NCBI GenBank assembly: GCA_037927135.1
Contig: JAXSPP010000002.1
Span: forward strand, 1 to 64,000
Direction: 5' to 3'
DNA length: 64,000 bases
DNA from: Candidatus Pampinifervens sinense
GTDB taxonomy: Bacteria; Aquificota; Aquificia; Aquificales; Aquificaceae
Positions 10,153-22,015 of this stretch are shown piece after piece. Below the pieces are notes generated by a model. The model saw nothing but the letters and a program-made list of their open reading frames with translations, did not search any database and was not told the DNA's origin. A program made the position numbers and the translations under genes. The first letter of the stretch is position 1. Each line of letters begins with the position of its first letter.

Positions 10153-10920
10153 ATGAGGGTAAGAAAGCCAGCGGTGGCAGGCTACTTTTATCCTTCTGAT
10201 AGAAAAAGGCTTGAGGAGTATGTGGACAGGCTGATGGGGGAAAAGGTGGAGGTTGAGGGAAGCCTTAGAGGCCTCATTGTGCCTCATGCGGGCTACGAGT
10301 GCTCTGGGATTGTGGCGGGCAAGGTCTATGCCCTTTTGAAAAACAGAAGCTACAAAAAGGTAGTCCTTGTGGGACCTTCTCACTTTGTGGATTTTAACGG
10401 CTACTCCTTTGGAAGCTTTCATGCCTTTGAAACTCCCTTTGGAAGGGTAGAAGTGGACCATCTTGCCTTAAAGGACTTTCCAGAAGAAGCCTTTTGGGAC
10501 ATGCCACACCTGTATGAACACTCCCTTGAGGTTCAACTTCCATTCCTTCAGAGAACTCTAAAGGATTTTTTGCTTGTGCCTGTGGTCTACGGCAGGGTTG
10601 AAGCAAAAAAGTTAAAAGAACTTTTGGACACCCTCTGCGATGAGAATACCCTCTTTGTTATAAGCTCAGACCTAAGCCACTACTATCCTGATGAGATTGC
10701 AAGAAGGATAGATGCCTACTGCCACAGGTGGATCCTTGAAGGAAAGGAGAATCTTAAAAAAGGATGTGAAGCCTGTGGAAAGATAGGGATTGAGGGTGCC
10801 TTACTTTATGCCAAAGAAAAGGGCCTAAAGGCCAAACTTGTAGACTATAGGACATCTGCGGAGACATGCGGGGATGACAGAAGGGTGGTAGGCTACGGTG
10901 GTTATGTTTTTATCTCATGA
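10153..10920 (+). CDS. amrB: AmmeMemoRadiSam system protein B (MEMO1 family)
   Basis: RKPAVAGYFYP, PHAGY..SG, GPSH, EHSLEVQLPFLQ, SSDLSHY, VVGYG. Confidence 0.93.
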   Translation: MRVRKPAVAGYFYPSDRKRLEEYVDRLMGEKVEVEGSLRGLIVPHAGYECSGIVAGKVYALLKNRSYKKVVLVGPSHFVDFNGYSFGSFHAFETPFGRVEVDHLALKDFPEEAFWDMPHLYEHSLEVQLPFLQRTLKDFLLVPVVYGRVEAKKLKELLDTLCDENTLFVISSDLSHYYPDEIARRIDAYCHRWILEGKENLKKGCEACGKIGIEGALLYAKEKGLKAKLVDYRTSAETCGDDRRVVGYGGYVFIS

Positions 10921-11755
10921 TGTAGTAAAGCATAAGAGGATAGTCCAATCCAAAGCCCTGAAGGTCTTCCTCCATAAGCCTTCTTAAGAGGCCTCTTCTT
11001 TCCTCCATGTAAAATACCCTTGCCTTTGGCACGCCCGCAAGCTCCTTTGCCCTCTTTATAGCATCCTGAAGGTTTCCAAGCTCATCCACAAGGCCAAGCT
11101 CCTTTGCCACCCTTCCCGTAAAGACTCTACCGTCGGCTATCTCTCTTAGCTTCTCTTCCGATATCTTTTTAGACCTATACTTTAATATGGCCTGAAGAAA
11201 CTGGTTGTAGGCATCTTCAATGGTCTTTTGAAGGTAGACCTTTTCTTCTTCCGTTAGTTCTCTAAAAGGTGATAGAGTATCTTTAAACTTGCCCGTCTTT
11301 ATGGCCGTGGTCCTTATGCCAAGCCTTTCAAGGAGTGCCTTTAGCTCTGTGTGCTGGACTATAACACCTATGCTTCCTGTAATGGTGCCGGGGTTGGCAA
11401 AGATAACATCCGCGGGCGCCGATATGTAATAACCCCCAGAGGCGCACACATTACCCATAGAAACCACAAGGGGCTTTCCGGAAGCCTTAAAGTCCTCAAG
11501 GGCCCTGTATATCTCCTGAGAGGCACCTACCGACCCACCAGGGCTATCTATCCTAAGCACCAAGGCCTTAACGCTTTCATCCTCTTTTGCCTTTTGAATC
11601 TTCTCCACTATCTTATCCGGCTCTATTATGGCACCCTTTACCTTTATGACTGCTACCCGTTCTCCAACTGGAAGCCTTGACAAAACCGAACTCAAGAAGC
11701 CAAGCACCATTAATATTATTACAAAGATAAAAAGTCTTTTAAGCCACTTTTTCAT
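10910..11755 (-). CDS. sppA: signal peptide peptidase SppA (S49)
   Basis: [35 protein letters not shown]. Confidence 0.93.
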   Translation of the reverse strand: MKKWLKRLFIFVIILMVLGFLSSVLSRLPVGERVAVIKVKGAIIEPDKIVEKIQKAKEDESVKALVLRIDSPGGSVGASQEIYRALEDFKASGKPLVVSMGNVCASGGYYISAPADVIFANPGTITGSIGVIVQHTELKALLERLGIRTTAIKTGKFKDTLSPFRELTEEEKVYLQKTIEDAYNQFLQAILKYRSKKISEEKLREIADGRVFTGRVAKELGLVDELGNLQDAIKRAKELAGVPKARVFYMEERRGLLRRLMEEDLQGFGLDYPLMLYYIMR

Positions 11756-12551
11756 GCCTCTTCTCTCTTAGTAGCCACAGTGCAAGAACTACAGAAAGGA
11801 TAATCATACCAAGGGCTACAAGCTGGTTCCATGTGAGGCCTATGCTGGGAATGGGAGGTGTGACACCTCTGAAAAACTCAAGGAAAAACCTAAGTGAGCC
11901 ATACAAAAGGGTATAAAAGGCAAAGACAAAGCCGTCAAAGGGCTTTTTCCTGTAGGCCAATAGGAGAAGTATAAAGATCAAAAGCAGGCCTATAAACTCC
12001 ATAAGCTGGGTAGGATACAGGGGCATATAAGGTGGTGCTACCGCACCGGGTGGAAAGACCACATAGAAGAAGGGAAATTTGTCTGCAAAGTGAATGCCTG
12101 GCAAGGTAGAGCCATCCACGGGAAAGGGCTTTCCATAGCAACAGCCAGCGGAGGTGCAACCGAGCCTTCCTATAGCATGAGCCATACTCAATGCGACCAC
12201 TGCCATGTCCGCAGACTTCCAAAGGGGCAGTTTATACTTGAGGATACCCAAAAGTGCACCCGCTATACCACCAAAAAGGCCACCGAAAAAGTCCATACCA
12301 CCGTTCCATATGCTAAGCACGTCCATAAGGCCTTCTATCTGTTCTGGGTGTTCTATCACATAAGAGAGCCTTCCACCCACTATGCCAAGCAGTAGGGCAA
12401 AGAGGAGTGTGTTCTCCACATGGCTTGGGTTTAGGCCTTCCCTTTTGGCAAACCTAAGAAGGAGCCAGTAGGCTATTAGGACACCAAGGGCCACAAGCAC
12501 GCCATAGGTGTATATCTTTATGCCGAATATTTCAATCAATACTGGATACAT
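11739..12551 (-). CDS. lgt: prolipoprotein diacylglyceryl transferase
   Basis: YG near N-terminus, GGRL.YV, W.GGM, AIGRLGC...[18 protein letters not shown]. Confidence 0.93.
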   Translation of the reverse strand: MYPVLIEIFGIKIYTYGVLVALGVLIAYWLLLRFAKREGLNPSHVENTLLFALLLGIVGGRLSYVIEHPEQIEGLMDVLSIWNGGMDFFGGLFGGIAGALLGILKYKLPLWKSADMAVVALSMAHAIGRLGCTSAGCCYGKPFPVDGSTLPGIHFADKFPFFYVVFPPGAVAPPYMPLYPTQLMEFIGLLLIFILLLLAYRKKPFDGFVFAFYTLLYGSLRFFLEFFRGVTPPIPSIGLTWNQLVALGMIILSVVLALWLLREKRHEKVA

Positions 12552-12553
12552 GG

Positions 12554-13111
12554 CTAAAATTTTAAACTATCCACAGTGAGAAGAAGGCTAAAGCTTTCTC
12601 CCTCTATCTTTATGGCCTTGGCATAGCCTTCCCTTGCCCAATCAAGGTAATTGATCTTTAAGGTTCTGTTTTTCTTTGTATCGTAGAATTCCACAAGGCT
12701 TAACTTCCCATCCTTGAATATATACTTTGTCTTATACACACCATCATCCCTCTCAAAGGCAACGCCGGAAAGCCCACAGCTAAGCTTTTCATCACCTCTT
12801 ATTACTTTGCCGAAGATAAGGCCATCTGGGTTTATCGGAAGGTCAAGACACACCCCAGCTACACACAGATTGTTTAGGCTAAACTCCAAAACTCTACCTT
12901 CCCCACTTATGGTAAACTTACCCTCCGTCTTTTGAACTTGCACTGGTATGCGCAAAAAGCCTTGTCTTAGAGAAAGGCTGGCTTGGTAAGAAGAGGGAGC
13001 AGACTGTTCTAAATAGGTTTTCTTTATACTTTCTCCTTCGGGACATACAATAGGAGCGCAGGCGGACAAAAAGAGGAGAACCAACCCACCAAAGGCTATT
13101 TTTCTAACCAT
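12554..13111 (-). CDS. hypothetical lipoprotein
   Basis: Signal peptide with lipobox LSAC; beta-rich mature region; first gene ahead of lgt-sppA. Confidence 0.7.
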   Translation of the reverse strand: MVRKIAFGGLVLLFLSACAPIVCPEGESIKKTYLEQSAPSSYQASLSLRQGFLRIPVQVQKTEGKFTISGEGRVLEFSLNNLCVAGVCLDLPINPDGLIFGKVIRGDEKLSCGLSGVAFERDDGVYKTKYIFKDGKLSLVEFYDTKKNRTLKINYLDWAREGYAKAIKIEGESFSLLLTVDSLKF

Positions 13112-13126
13112 GCTTCAATTATAAAC

Positions 13127-13594
13127 TTACTGAAGCATATAGTCAAAGTTGACCCTTATAGTCCTCCCACCTTCATCCCTTATGTAAAGATTGATGGAGT
13201 ATAGACCCTTTTCCTCCATCTGGAACCACCCACCATAGTTATCACCGTACTGGTGAGGATACTTGTGAAGTTCTCTCCTTTGAGCCCTCAATATGGGAGA
13301 CCTCACCTCCGCCTCTACCTTATAGTTTGACAGGTAAACTATCTTATCTCCTTCCTTTTTCCATATGGCTACGGCAAGATGGTGAGTATCATACCTTTGA
13401 GGTGTTCCATTGTGCTTTTCCAATAGCGCATAGGCCCTTGGAAAGCTCTTTTTTAACTCTTCAATACTGACAATTCCAATGCTCACATTAAAGTCCTTTA
13501 ACCTTTTGGTAAGTGGTGTTTTGATAAGCACGCTGTCCTCTTGGGCAAAGGCAAAGCTTAAAAGGATAAAGAGATAAATCAGGTATCTAACCAT
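13127..13594 (-). CDS. secreted hypothetical protein, possibly metal-binding
   Basis: GGAGG SD, signal peptide ending AFA, HHL motif and NYG..F.M...G.Y beta-rich C-terminus. Confidence 0.6.
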   Translation of the reverse strand: MVRYLIYLFILLSFAFAQEDSVLIKTPLTKRLKDFNVSIGIVSIEELKKSFPRAYALLEKHNGTPQRYDTHHLAVAIWKKEGDKIVYLSNYKVEAEVRSPILRAQRRELHKYPHQYGDNYGGWFQMEEKGLYSINLYIRDEGGRTIRVNFDYMLQ

Positions 13595-13686
13595 TTTTCC
13601 ACCTCCTCAAGGTATATCTTACACTAGGAAGCTGAAAGAGGCAATTAGACTTATTTTAGAAATAAATAAGCCTATCTTATATTCCT

Positions 13687-14958
13687 ATGCGCATAAACCT
13701 TCTTCCCGAGGAGGTAAAAAGTAGGATAGCCTCTGGAGAGGTGATAGAAGGTCCTGCAGAGTGTGTAAAAGAGCTTATGGAAAACTCCCTTGATGCGGAG
13801 GCCACCAAGGTGGAAGTGGAGATAATAAAAGGGGGGAAAAGGTATATAGCTGTAAGGGATAACGGTGTTGGAATACCTTCGGAGGATATAAAAAAAGCTA
13901 TTCTAAGCGGTGCCACAAGTAAGATAAGATCTTTAGAGGACCTGCAAAGTATAAACACATACGGCTTTAGGGGTGAAGCGCTTCATGCCATTTCTTTGGT
14001 CAGTAGGCTTATATTGAGATCAAGGTTTTATCAAGAAGAAGTAGGCAGGGAGATAAGGGTGGAGGGAGGAAGGGTGGTGTCAGAAAGGGAGGTGGGTATG
14101 CCTGTGGGAACGCATGTGGAGGTCTATGACCTTTTTTACAATCTGCCTTTGAGAAAGGCCTTTTTGAAAAAGGAGGATGTAGAAAGAAGGAGGATTTACA
14201 GGGTTTTTAAGGCACTTGCCTTGGCCAACCCATCTGTAGCTTTCAGGCTTGAGGCAGAAGGCAAAGAGGTTTTTAATTTCAAAGCGGTAAAGGATCTAAA
14301 AGATAGGGTAGAAGAGGTCTTTGAAGAGAGGTTTGAACATTTAAGTGGTGAAGAAGGACCTTTTAAGGTGGACCTCTTCCTATCCGATAGAGCAAAAGAT
14401 CATTTTCTCTTTGTAAACAGGAGGCCTGTAAGCAACGAGGCGCTTATGGATTATATTAGAAGGTCTGTGGATAAAAAGTCATGTTTATGCTATATCTATG
14501 CACCGCCATACCTTGTGGATGTGAACGTCCATCCCAAAAAGACAGAGGTGAGGATACTGAGGGAGGGCAAGTTAAAAGAGCTCATAGGAAGACTTCTTTC
14601 AAACAGGCATTTGACCGGTTTAAGCCTAAGACAGAAAAGTAAGGAATACACTCTTGAGCCCGAGCTTATTGGTATAATAGATAACACCTTAATAGTGGCA
14701 AGGTACGGCGACTATCTTTACTTTTTTGATCAGCATCTCTTGGCAGAAAGGTATAACTACGAGGTTAAAGGCCTTGCTCCAGAAAGGGCTTGTAGGGCAT
14801 CCATAAAGGCTGGAGATAGGATAGATGAAAGGATGGCTAAGGAACTGCTCAAAAGGTGGATTAGCTTTGAAAATAAGGAAGTGTGTCCGCACGGCAGGCC
14901 TATGTATTACAGAATATACTTAGGTGATCTTTACAAAAAGCTTGGAAGGGAGTACTGA
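13687..14958 (+). CDS. mutL: DNA mismatch repair endonuclease MutL (short Aquificae type)
   Basis: [33 protein letters not shown], endonuclease motif [18 protein letters not shown]. Confidence 0.95.
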   Translation: MRINLLPEEVKSRIASGEVIEGPAECVKELMENSLDAEATKVEVEIIKGGKRYIAVRDNGVGIPSEDIKKAILSGATSKIRSLEDLQSINTYGFRGEALHAISLVSRLILRSRFYQEEVGREIRVEGGRVVSEREVGMPVGTHVEVYDLFYNLPLRKAFLKKEDVERRRIYRVFKALALANPSVAFRLEAEGKEVFNFKAVKDLKDRVEEVFEERFEHLSGEEGPFKVDLFLSDRAKDHFLFVNRRPVSNEALMDYIRRSVDKKSCLCYIYAPPYLVDVNVHPKKTEVRILREGKLKELIGRLLSNRHLTGLSLRQKSKEYTLEPELIGIIDNTLIVARYGDYLYFFDQHLLAERYNYEVKGLAPERACRASIKAGDRIDERMAKELLKRWISFENKEVCPHGRPMYYRIYLGDLYKKLGREY

Positions 14959-15713
14959 TGCTTGCAAAGAGGATAATACCTTGTCTTGATGTGGATAAGG
15001 GAAGGGTTGTAAAGGGTGTGAAGTTTTTAAACTTGGTGGATGCGGGAGACCCTGTAGAGGTGGCAAAGGTCTACGAAGAACAGGGAGCGGACGAGCTTGT
15101 ATTTCTTGACATTACAGCCTCCGCAGAGGGAAGAAAGATCACCCTTGAGGTGGTAAGGCGCGTAGCGGAGGAGGTCTTTATGCCTTTTACCGTAGGTGGG
15201 GGTATATCAAGCCTTGAGGATATGAGAAAACTTCTTGAGGCCGGTGCGGACAAGATATCCATAAACACTTCCGCAGTTAAGAACCCAGAGCTTATATACG
15301 AAGGTGCCAAAAGGTTTGGTTCTCAATGCATAGTTGTGGCCATAGATGCGACAAGAAAAGGAGGGTCTTGGGAAGTGTACATACACGGTGGAAGGACTCC
15401 TACAGGTCTTGATGTGATAGAGTGGGCAAAAAGGGTGGAAAGCCTTGGGGCTGGTGAAATCCTTCTTACTTCTATGGACAAGGATGGGACCAAGTCGGGT
15501 TATGATCTTGAATTGACTAGGGCTGTAGCTGAGGTGGTAAACATTCCGGTGATAGCCTCCGGTGGGGCTGGAAGCATGGAACATTTCTACGAGGCCTTTA
15601 CCTTTGGAAAGGCAGATGCTTGCCTTGCCGCATCCCTCTTTCACTTCAAGGAGATAGAGATACCTTCCTTAAAGGCTTATCTTAGATCTAAGGGAATTCC
15701 TGTAAGGCTTTAA
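14958..15713 (+). CDS. hisF: imidazole glycerol phosphate synthase cyclase subunit
   Basis: [34 protein letters not shown]. Confidence 0.97.
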   Translation: MLAKRIIPCLDVDKGRVVKGVKFLNLVDAGDPVEVAKVYEEQGADELVFLDITASAEGRKITLEVVRRVAEEVFMPFTVGGGISSLEDMRKLLEAGADKISINTSAVKNPELIYEGAKRFGSQCIVVAIDATRKGGSWEVYIHGGRTPTGLDVIEWAKRVESLGAGEILLTSMDKDGTKSGYDLELTRAVAEVVNIPVIASGGAGSMEHFYEAFTFGKADACLAASLFHFKEIEIPSLKAYLRSKGIPVRL

Positions 15714-15728
15714 GGGGCCAAAGGCCCC
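15714..15728. terminator. GC hairpin between convergent hisF and porG
   Basis: GGGGCC-AAA-GGCCCC fills the gap between the two stop codons; no U-tract. Confidence 0.5.
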
Positions 15729-15729
15729 A

Positions 15730-16443
15730 TCAGACGGCAACCTTTTTAGGTGGTGGTGGAAGGAAGGGTTCTAAACCTTGCTCCTGTGCCCACTTCTGGG
15801 CCAATTCATAGGCCGCTTTTGCAGTGTTAAGGTTCTTCTCTATAAGTTCTAGCTTTTTCTTAAACTTTCTTTCTAAGGCTGAGTCCAAGGAAGCTGTTCC
15901 ACCGGAAGCTACAAACTTCTTTAGGAACCTTGCCTTTATACCCTCCTCTATGGCCTCTACGCTCACCCTTCCTATGGCTCCAAAGAAGGCTCCTATCATG
16001 GCCATATTGGTTGCCAGTTCCGTTCCGGCTATCTCTATGGCAAACTTTGTGGCTGGAAAGTTAAAGATCTTCACCTCTAGCTCTTCAAGCCTCTCTTTAT
16101 CTTCCTCAGAAAGCAGGTCCTCTTCACTGTTTATGATTATAAGCCCCCTTCTCTTTATGCCCGCGTAGAAGGGCATGGTGTAGGACTTACCCATGGTTAT
16201 GACCTGGGGATGGAAGACCATGATCACATCCGGATAGACAACTTCACCCCTGTCGTAGATGGGTTCTATACCTATGCGTGCATAGCTCTCCGCCGGTGCC
16301 ATCCTCTTCTCCGCTCCAAAGAAGGGGTTGGAGATGGCATAGTAGCCTTCGTAGTCTGCCGCCGTGGCTATTATATGGGCTGCTGTAACCGCGCCCTGTC
16401 CTCCAAGGGCAGGCATACGTATGTTCAACCTTCTCCTCATCAT
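15730..16443 (-). CDS. porG: 2-oxoacid (pyruvate):ferredoxin oxidoreductase gamma subunit
   Basis: LGGQGAVTA, PFFGAEKR; last gene of an E-D-A-B-G order matching Hydrogenobacter porEDABG. Confidence 0.8.
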   Translation of the reverse strand: MMRRRLNIRMPALGGQGAVTAAHIIATAADYEGYYAISNPFFGAEKRMAPAESYARIGIEPIYDRGEVVYPDVIMVFHPQVITMGKSYTMPFYAGIKRRGLIIINSEEDLLSEEDKERLEELEVKIFNFPATKFAIEIAGTELATNMAMIGAFFGAIGRVSVEAIEEGIKARFLKKFVASGGTASLDSALERKFKKKLELIEKNLNTAKAAYELAQKWAQEQGLEPFLPPPPKKVAV

Positions 16444-17300
16444 AGTAAGCCCTCCTCCTTTTTACGTTCAATGACTTCCCTTGCAGCGTCTGTCATGTAT
16501 TCAAAGAAGGCAAACCTCTCCTTATCCCTTTGTCTCATCTCATCAAGGCCATCGTCAGAGTTTAGACCTATTTCAAGTATGCAAGGTGTGTAAAGGTGCA
16601 CGTAGGTAGGCCCCACTTCCCTTGCCACATATATGGCCTTCTTTATAACCGTCTCCACCCTCTTTGGTGAAGAAACGGTCAGCCTTGCCACATAATGACA
16701 GCCCGCATCTATGGCAAGCTGCCACATGGGAACCTTCTCCCATTGTTTACCCTTTGGTGCCATCTTAAAGACATGTCCCTTCACCGTTGAACCGCTCTCC
16801 TGACCTCCTGTGTTTGCATAAACCTCATTGTCAAAGCATATGGTGGTAATCTTCTCTTGCCTAAAGAAGGAGTGGAGTGTGCACTCCAGTCCTATGTCTA
16901 TAGTAGCTCCATCTCCAGCTATGACGACCACATCCTTTACCTTGTCTGGGAACCTCCACTCAAGAACCCTTTTAATTCCAGAGGCTACAGCATTTTGATT
17001 CCCAAAGAGTGAGTGAACAGTATGAAGGGCTATATGGGGAAAGACAAGGGAGGTGCAACCGGTAGAGTTAACTATTATTGTGTCTTCTGGATTTGGCAAG
17101 GAGGCCAATATGTACCTAAGAGCCATAGACTCAGGGCAACCAGCGCAAAGGGAGTGTTCTTCTATGAGTTCCTTTGAGTAGGGAAGGTCCATAACACCCC
17201 TTTTAGGATTGCCCCAGGTAGCCTTAAACTGAAGGTCCTTTATCTCTTGAGGAACCACATCCAAAAACTCTTCGTTTATCTGATAGATCTTATAAGACAT
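16440..17300 (-). CDS. porB: pyruvate:ferredoxin oxidoreductase beta subunit (TPP-binding)
   Basis: LCAGC, TGC, AGDG...DIG, DNEVYANTGGQ, TPC. Confidence 0.85.
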   Translation of the reverse strand: MSYKIYQINEEFLDVVPQEIKDLQFKATWGNPKRGVMDLPYSKELIEEHSLCAGCPESMALRYILASLPNPEDTIIVNSTGCTSLVFPHIALHTVHSLFGNQNAVASGIKRVLEWRFPDKVKDVVVIAGDGATIDIGLECTLHSFFRQEKITTICFDNEVYANTGGQESGSTVKGHVFKMAPKGKQWEKVPMWQLAIDAGCHYVARLTVSSPKRVETVIKKAIYVAREVGPTYVHLYTPCILEIGLNSDDGLDEMRQRDKERFAFFEYMTDAAREVIERKKEEGLL

Positions 17301-18498
17301 GTTTCACCTCCTTTCCAGTAAGTTTAAGAACTTCCATCACTATAACTTCCGGTGGCATTGTCATACCACCAGCAACCCTTGGTGAACCAATTATCTCCGC
17401 ATCGGAATGGCCATAAAGATACCTCTTTACCTCCCTTTCAAGCCAACCCACCACGTTAAACTCTGGAACAAAGATATACTTTGCACCCTTCACAGCCTGT
17501 CTTAGCTCCTCTATGGGGAAGGGTCTTATGGTCTTCAACTTGACCACCCTTGCCTTTACACCCTCATCCTCAAGAAGCCTTACAGCCTCCTTTGCTTGGG
17601 CTGCCGCCGTACCGCAAGCTACAAAGACAATGTCAGCTTCAGGGTCTCCAAACTCTTCTATAAGACCCCTCAGATAATGCCTTGCATAAGGCCTTGACCT
17701 TTCAATGGCAGCCCTTACCTCCCATTGCCAGCTGGCATGAGTAGCATAGGAGATATAGTTGGACTTCATCACAAAGGGGTCCCTCAAAAACCTTCCCGGT
17801 GGAACCTCTGCGTCTATGACGGGCATAGGTGCCCTGTAGGGATTATAAGGTGGAAGTGCTATATCATCCGGTGGCAACATAACTGTTTCCCTCGTGTGAG
17901 ATACAAAGAAGCCATCCACAACAGTTATAAGTGGAACGTGTACGCTTGGCTGCTCTGCCACCACAAAGCCAGCAAGTATCATATCAAAGAGTTCTTGTGC
18001 ATTTTCCGCATACCATATCATACAACCTGTATCAAGGAGGAAACTAACCTCAAGGTTATCCGGTTGTATAGAAAGAGGTGCATTCACACCTCTAGCCATA
18101 AGCACAAGCTGAACTGGTATCCTTGTTCCTGCCCACATGGGAAAGTTTTCAAAAGCTCTCAAGGTACCAGGGCCCGAGGTGGTAGTGATACATCTTCCTC
18201 CTGCCAAGGCACAGCCTGCAATCTCAGACATAACACCAAACTCCGACTCACCCCTGAAGTAGACACCCACATAGCCTTCTACCCAAAGCTCACCTATAAG
18301 GTGAGCAGCCTCCGACTGAGGTGTGATAGGATAAGATACCGATGCATCCACAGAGGCCCTCTTTACAGCCTCTTTGACCGCTTCCGAACCTGTCATAAAG
18401 TGCTTTGTCCTTGGTGCCTCAAACAGGAGATAATCTGGAGAAACTACCCTCTGTCCAGCTCTGTTATATATGACCCTTTCCTCTTTGACTGCCTGCAT
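17290..18498 (-). CDS. porA: pyruvate:ferredoxin oxidoreductase alpha subunit
   Basis: YPITPQSE, ESE, TTTSGPG, DGFFVSH; AGGAGGT SD. Confidence 0.85.
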   Translation of the reverse strand: MQAVKEERVIYNRAGQRVVSPDYLLFEAPRTKHFMTGSEAVKEAVKRASVDASVSYPITPQSEAAHLIGELWVEGYVGVYFRGESEFGVMSEIAGCALAGGRCITTTSGPGTLRAFENFPMWAGTRIPVQLVLMARGVNAPLSIQPDNLEVSFLLDTGCMIWYAENAQELFDMILAGFVVAEQPSVHVPLITVVDGFFVSHTRETVMLPPDDIALPPYNPYRAPMPVIDAEVPPGRFLRDPFVMKSNYISYATHASWQWEVRAAIERSRPYARHYLRGLIEEFGDPEADIVFVACGTAAAQAKEAVRLLEDEGVKARVVKLKTIRPFPIEELRQAVKGAKYIFVPEFNVVGWLEREVKRYLYGHSDAEIIGSPRVAGGMTMPPEVIVMEVLKLTGKEVKHVL

Positions 18499-18564
18499 AG
18501 CTACCTCCTTACAAGATTTCTAAATAAAATGTAAGTTGATAATAGAATGGCAAGCTGAGAAAGG

Positions 18565-19104
18565 TCATAAGAAAACCTCCTCAAGCTCTATACAAAGTCC
18601 CTCCAAAATCTTAGAACAAACTTTGCCCTTTTCAAAGGCGTAGGAGAAAACTTCATAGATACCATCTTTAAGCTCTAAAACTTCAATGCCTTTTTCCTCA
18701 GGAAAGACAAGCCAATACTCTTTAACACCAAACTTGGTGTATATCCTTCTTTTGTCTTCTGTATCCTTTTTAAAGGTGTTTGGAGAGACCACTTCCACCA
18801 CAAGGTCTGGAGATCCAAAGATGCCCTTCTCCTTTACTATATGAAGCCTCTCCTTTGAAACAAAAACTATGTCTGGCTGGACTACCACATCCTCCGACAG
18901 AATAACATCCACAGGGGATAGATAAAAATCTCCAGGACCCTTTTCCTCCTGATAAAGCATAAAAAAGCGGGAAAGTCTCCAAATGATTTTTTGATGGATA
19001 GTATTAGGTGCTGGCATTTCTATAAGCTCTCCCTCCAAAACCTCGTACCTTTTGTCCTCTTCAAGGTTCAGGTAGTCTTGGTAGGTAAAGAGTGTAGCCT
19101 TCAT
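18565..19104 (-). CDS. Uma2 family (DUF820) PD-(D/E)xK endonuclease-like protein
   Basis: RYEVLEGEL, P...HQ, VQPDIVFV, PDLVVEVVSP, DKR.IY..FGVKEYWLV. Confidence 0.9.
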   Translation of the reverse strand: MKATLFTYQDYLNLEEDKRYEVLEGELIEMPAPNTIHQKIIWRLSRFFMLYQEEKGPGDFYLSPVDVILSEDVVVQPDIVFVSKERLHIVKEKGIFGSPDLVVEVVSPNTFKKDTEDKRRIYTKFGVKEYWLVFPEEKGIEVLELKDGIYEVFSYAFEKGKVCSKILEGLCIELEEVFL

Positions 19105-19670
19105 TTCCCAAGCTCCCTCTTTACCTCCTCCGCTATCTTGATAAACTTTTCTATTTCCTCAAGATGTTGATCCCTTAGTGTTATCATGGCGTCTTCGTGC
19201 CCGTCCATACTGCACATAGCTATTGTGAAACAGTCTGTTTCTGCTCTTATTATCTTGAGTGCCACATTGGCATAATGACAATGGACACCTATGAATATAC
19301 AGGCCTTTATGTTGTTATGCCATATGGTTAGGTTGGGATGATTTGGATTTATTTCAACAGCTGGGTCTATCTTAGGATACTTAGGTCTGTAGTCATACAT
19401 GGGTATGATCTTTGCATTCAGAACTTCTGCCATCTTTTTAACAAGTTTGGCCTTCTCTTTGGCCTCTTCATTCCACGCGTAAAGCACCTGTGGACCTGGG
19501 AAGATGGTGGGGTTTGGCCTGGTTAGCATGGCCTTTGCAGCCTCTCTCATGGCTATCTCTTCATCAACTATCTCATTAAAAAGCAGGGCCTTACCAGGTG
19601 GTGGGTTTAAAACTCCCTCATAGACTGCTACTGGATAAGGTGAAAAGGCACTAGGGCCTAAGGTTGCCAT
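19101..19670 (-). CDS. porD: pyruvate:ferredoxin oxidoreductase delta subunit
   Basis: Position between the ferredoxin-like gene and the alpha subunit; INPNHPNLTIW and GVHCHYAN motifs. Confidence 0.7.
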   Translation of the reverse strand: MATLGPSAFSPYPVAVYEGVLNPPPGKALLFNEIVDEEIAMREAAKAMLTRPNPTIFPGPQVLYAWNEEAKEKAKLVKKMAEVLNAKIIPMYDYRPKYPKIDPAVEINPNHPNLTIWHNNIKACIFIGVHCHYANVALKIIRAETDCFTIAMCSMDGHEDAMITLRDQHLEEIEKFIKIAEEVKRELGK

Positions 19671-19684
19671 TCCTCTTCACCTCC

Positions 19685-19915
19685 TTACTTTTTTGCATGC
19701 ACTTCTGGCATTATCATGTGTATGGCGTTTCTCTTTAAAAGGTTAACGCACACATAAACACACAAGGCACAGCCTTTACACCTATCTTGGTTCACGTAGG
19801 CATGGTGTTCTTCATCGGAGTACATAAGGGTGTTTGGCTCGGGGCAAAATAACGTGCACTGTTTGCAATTGTACTTACTGCACTCTTCGTTTATCACCTC
19901 GGCCACATAGTACAT
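19685..19915 (-). CDS. porE: ferredoxin-like epsilon subunit of pyruvate:ferredoxin oxidoreductase
   Basis: CSKYNCKQCTLFCP and CKGCALCVYVC Fe-S motifs; first gene of the operon; GGAGG SD. Confidence 0.75.
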   Translation of the reverse strand: MYYVAEVINEECSKYNCKQCTLFCPEPNTLMYSDEEHHAYVNQDRCKGCALCVYVCVNLLKRNAIHMIMPEVHAKK

Positions 19916-19984
19916 GCCATGCCTCCTGAAAAAGTAATGGGTTTTTATAAGTTATTACTATAATGGAATTTGTCAATACTTTGA

Positions 19985-21292
<1,308 letters not shown>

Positions 21293-21305
21293 TATATTCA
21301 TTAAC

Positions 21306-21560
21306 ATGAGGAAACAAACCTACAGGCTTTTAGGCCTTTCTTTTTTTGCCCTTGGAACCTTAGGCCTCTTTTTACCCATAATGCCAACTGTTCCTCTATA
21401 TCTGCTTGCTGTGTTTTTCCTTTCAAGGGCCTCCAAAAGGGACATTGTAAAGCTAAAAAAATTACCCATTTTGGGTAAAAAGATATATCCATACATCAAA
21501 AAGTCTGTAAAATATCTCAAAAGATGGAATACACAACAGCCAAGTTTATCCATATTATAG
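21306..21560 (+). CDS. YbaN/DUF454 family membrane protein
   Basis: LG.LG.FLP.MPTVP..LLA..F.SRAS. Confidence 0.8.
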   Translation: MRKQTYRLLGLSFFALGTLGLFLPIMPTVPLYLLAVFFLSRASKRDIVKLKKLPILGKKIYPYIKKSVKYLKRWNTQQPSLSIL

Positions 21561-21964
21561 GCATATTGTTGTGGGCAAGTTCTTCTTTTTCCCTCGGTCT
21601 TTTTATGTTTTACTCTATGCATAGAGAAACTGGTTGCAACCAGCACATACTAAGAAATTTCTACAGATGGATGACAAACTTGGAAATCTTTGGCTTTTTC
21701 CTTGCCCTTACTATGGGCCTTTACATGCTCCATCTTATTGGCTATAGCTTTGATATAAGGTGGTTAAACTATAAAATATCCTTGGTCCTTGGAGTGCTTT
21801 TGCCACTTGAAGTTTTAAACTTTTGGTTTGTAAATATCTACATTCCAAAGGCTGAAGATAAGATAAAGGCTTACAAAAAGTATGACCTTTTTAACTATAT
21901 AGTGGCTATCCCTTTGATAATAGTTTCCCTGTTTGTTATATACCTTGCGGTGGTAAAACCATAA
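21524..21964 (+). CDS. four-TM membrane protein (DUF2269/CopD-like)
   Basis: KFIHII...LW, WL..KI.LV, C-terminal LAVVKP; four hydrophobic segments. Confidence 0.6.
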   Translation: MEYTTAKFIHIIGILLWASSSFSLGLFMFYSMHRETGCNQHILRNFYRWMTNLEIFGFFLALTMGLYMLHLIGYSFDIRWLNYKISLVLGVLLPLEVLNFWFVNIYIPKAEDKIKAYKKYDLFNYIVAIPLIIVSLFVIYLAVVKP

Positions 21965-21988
21965 GTTCTGTCTCAAATAATTTTGAAA

Positions 21989-22008
21989 GGGCAACCCGTA
22001 GGTTGCCC
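21989..22008. terminator. hairpin between convergent genes
   Basis: GGGCAACC-CGTA-GGTTGCCC perfect 8-bp stem. Confidence 0.65.
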
Positions 22009-22015
22009 AAAGGCC

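Noticed and set aside
10135-10461. 110-aa N-terminal extension of amrS
   Set aside because: Antisense to amrB; homology starts at MEALAW
13687-14958. Short MutL as a possible truncation
   Set aside because: ATPase, endonuclease and CPHGRP motifs are all present; compact MutL is known from Aquifex
17725-18534. 269-aa plus-strand ORF, and similar long ORFs at 52596-53336 and 31995-32555
   Set aside because: Antisense shadows of conserved genes (porA, the sulfur fusion, pnp) with no motifs
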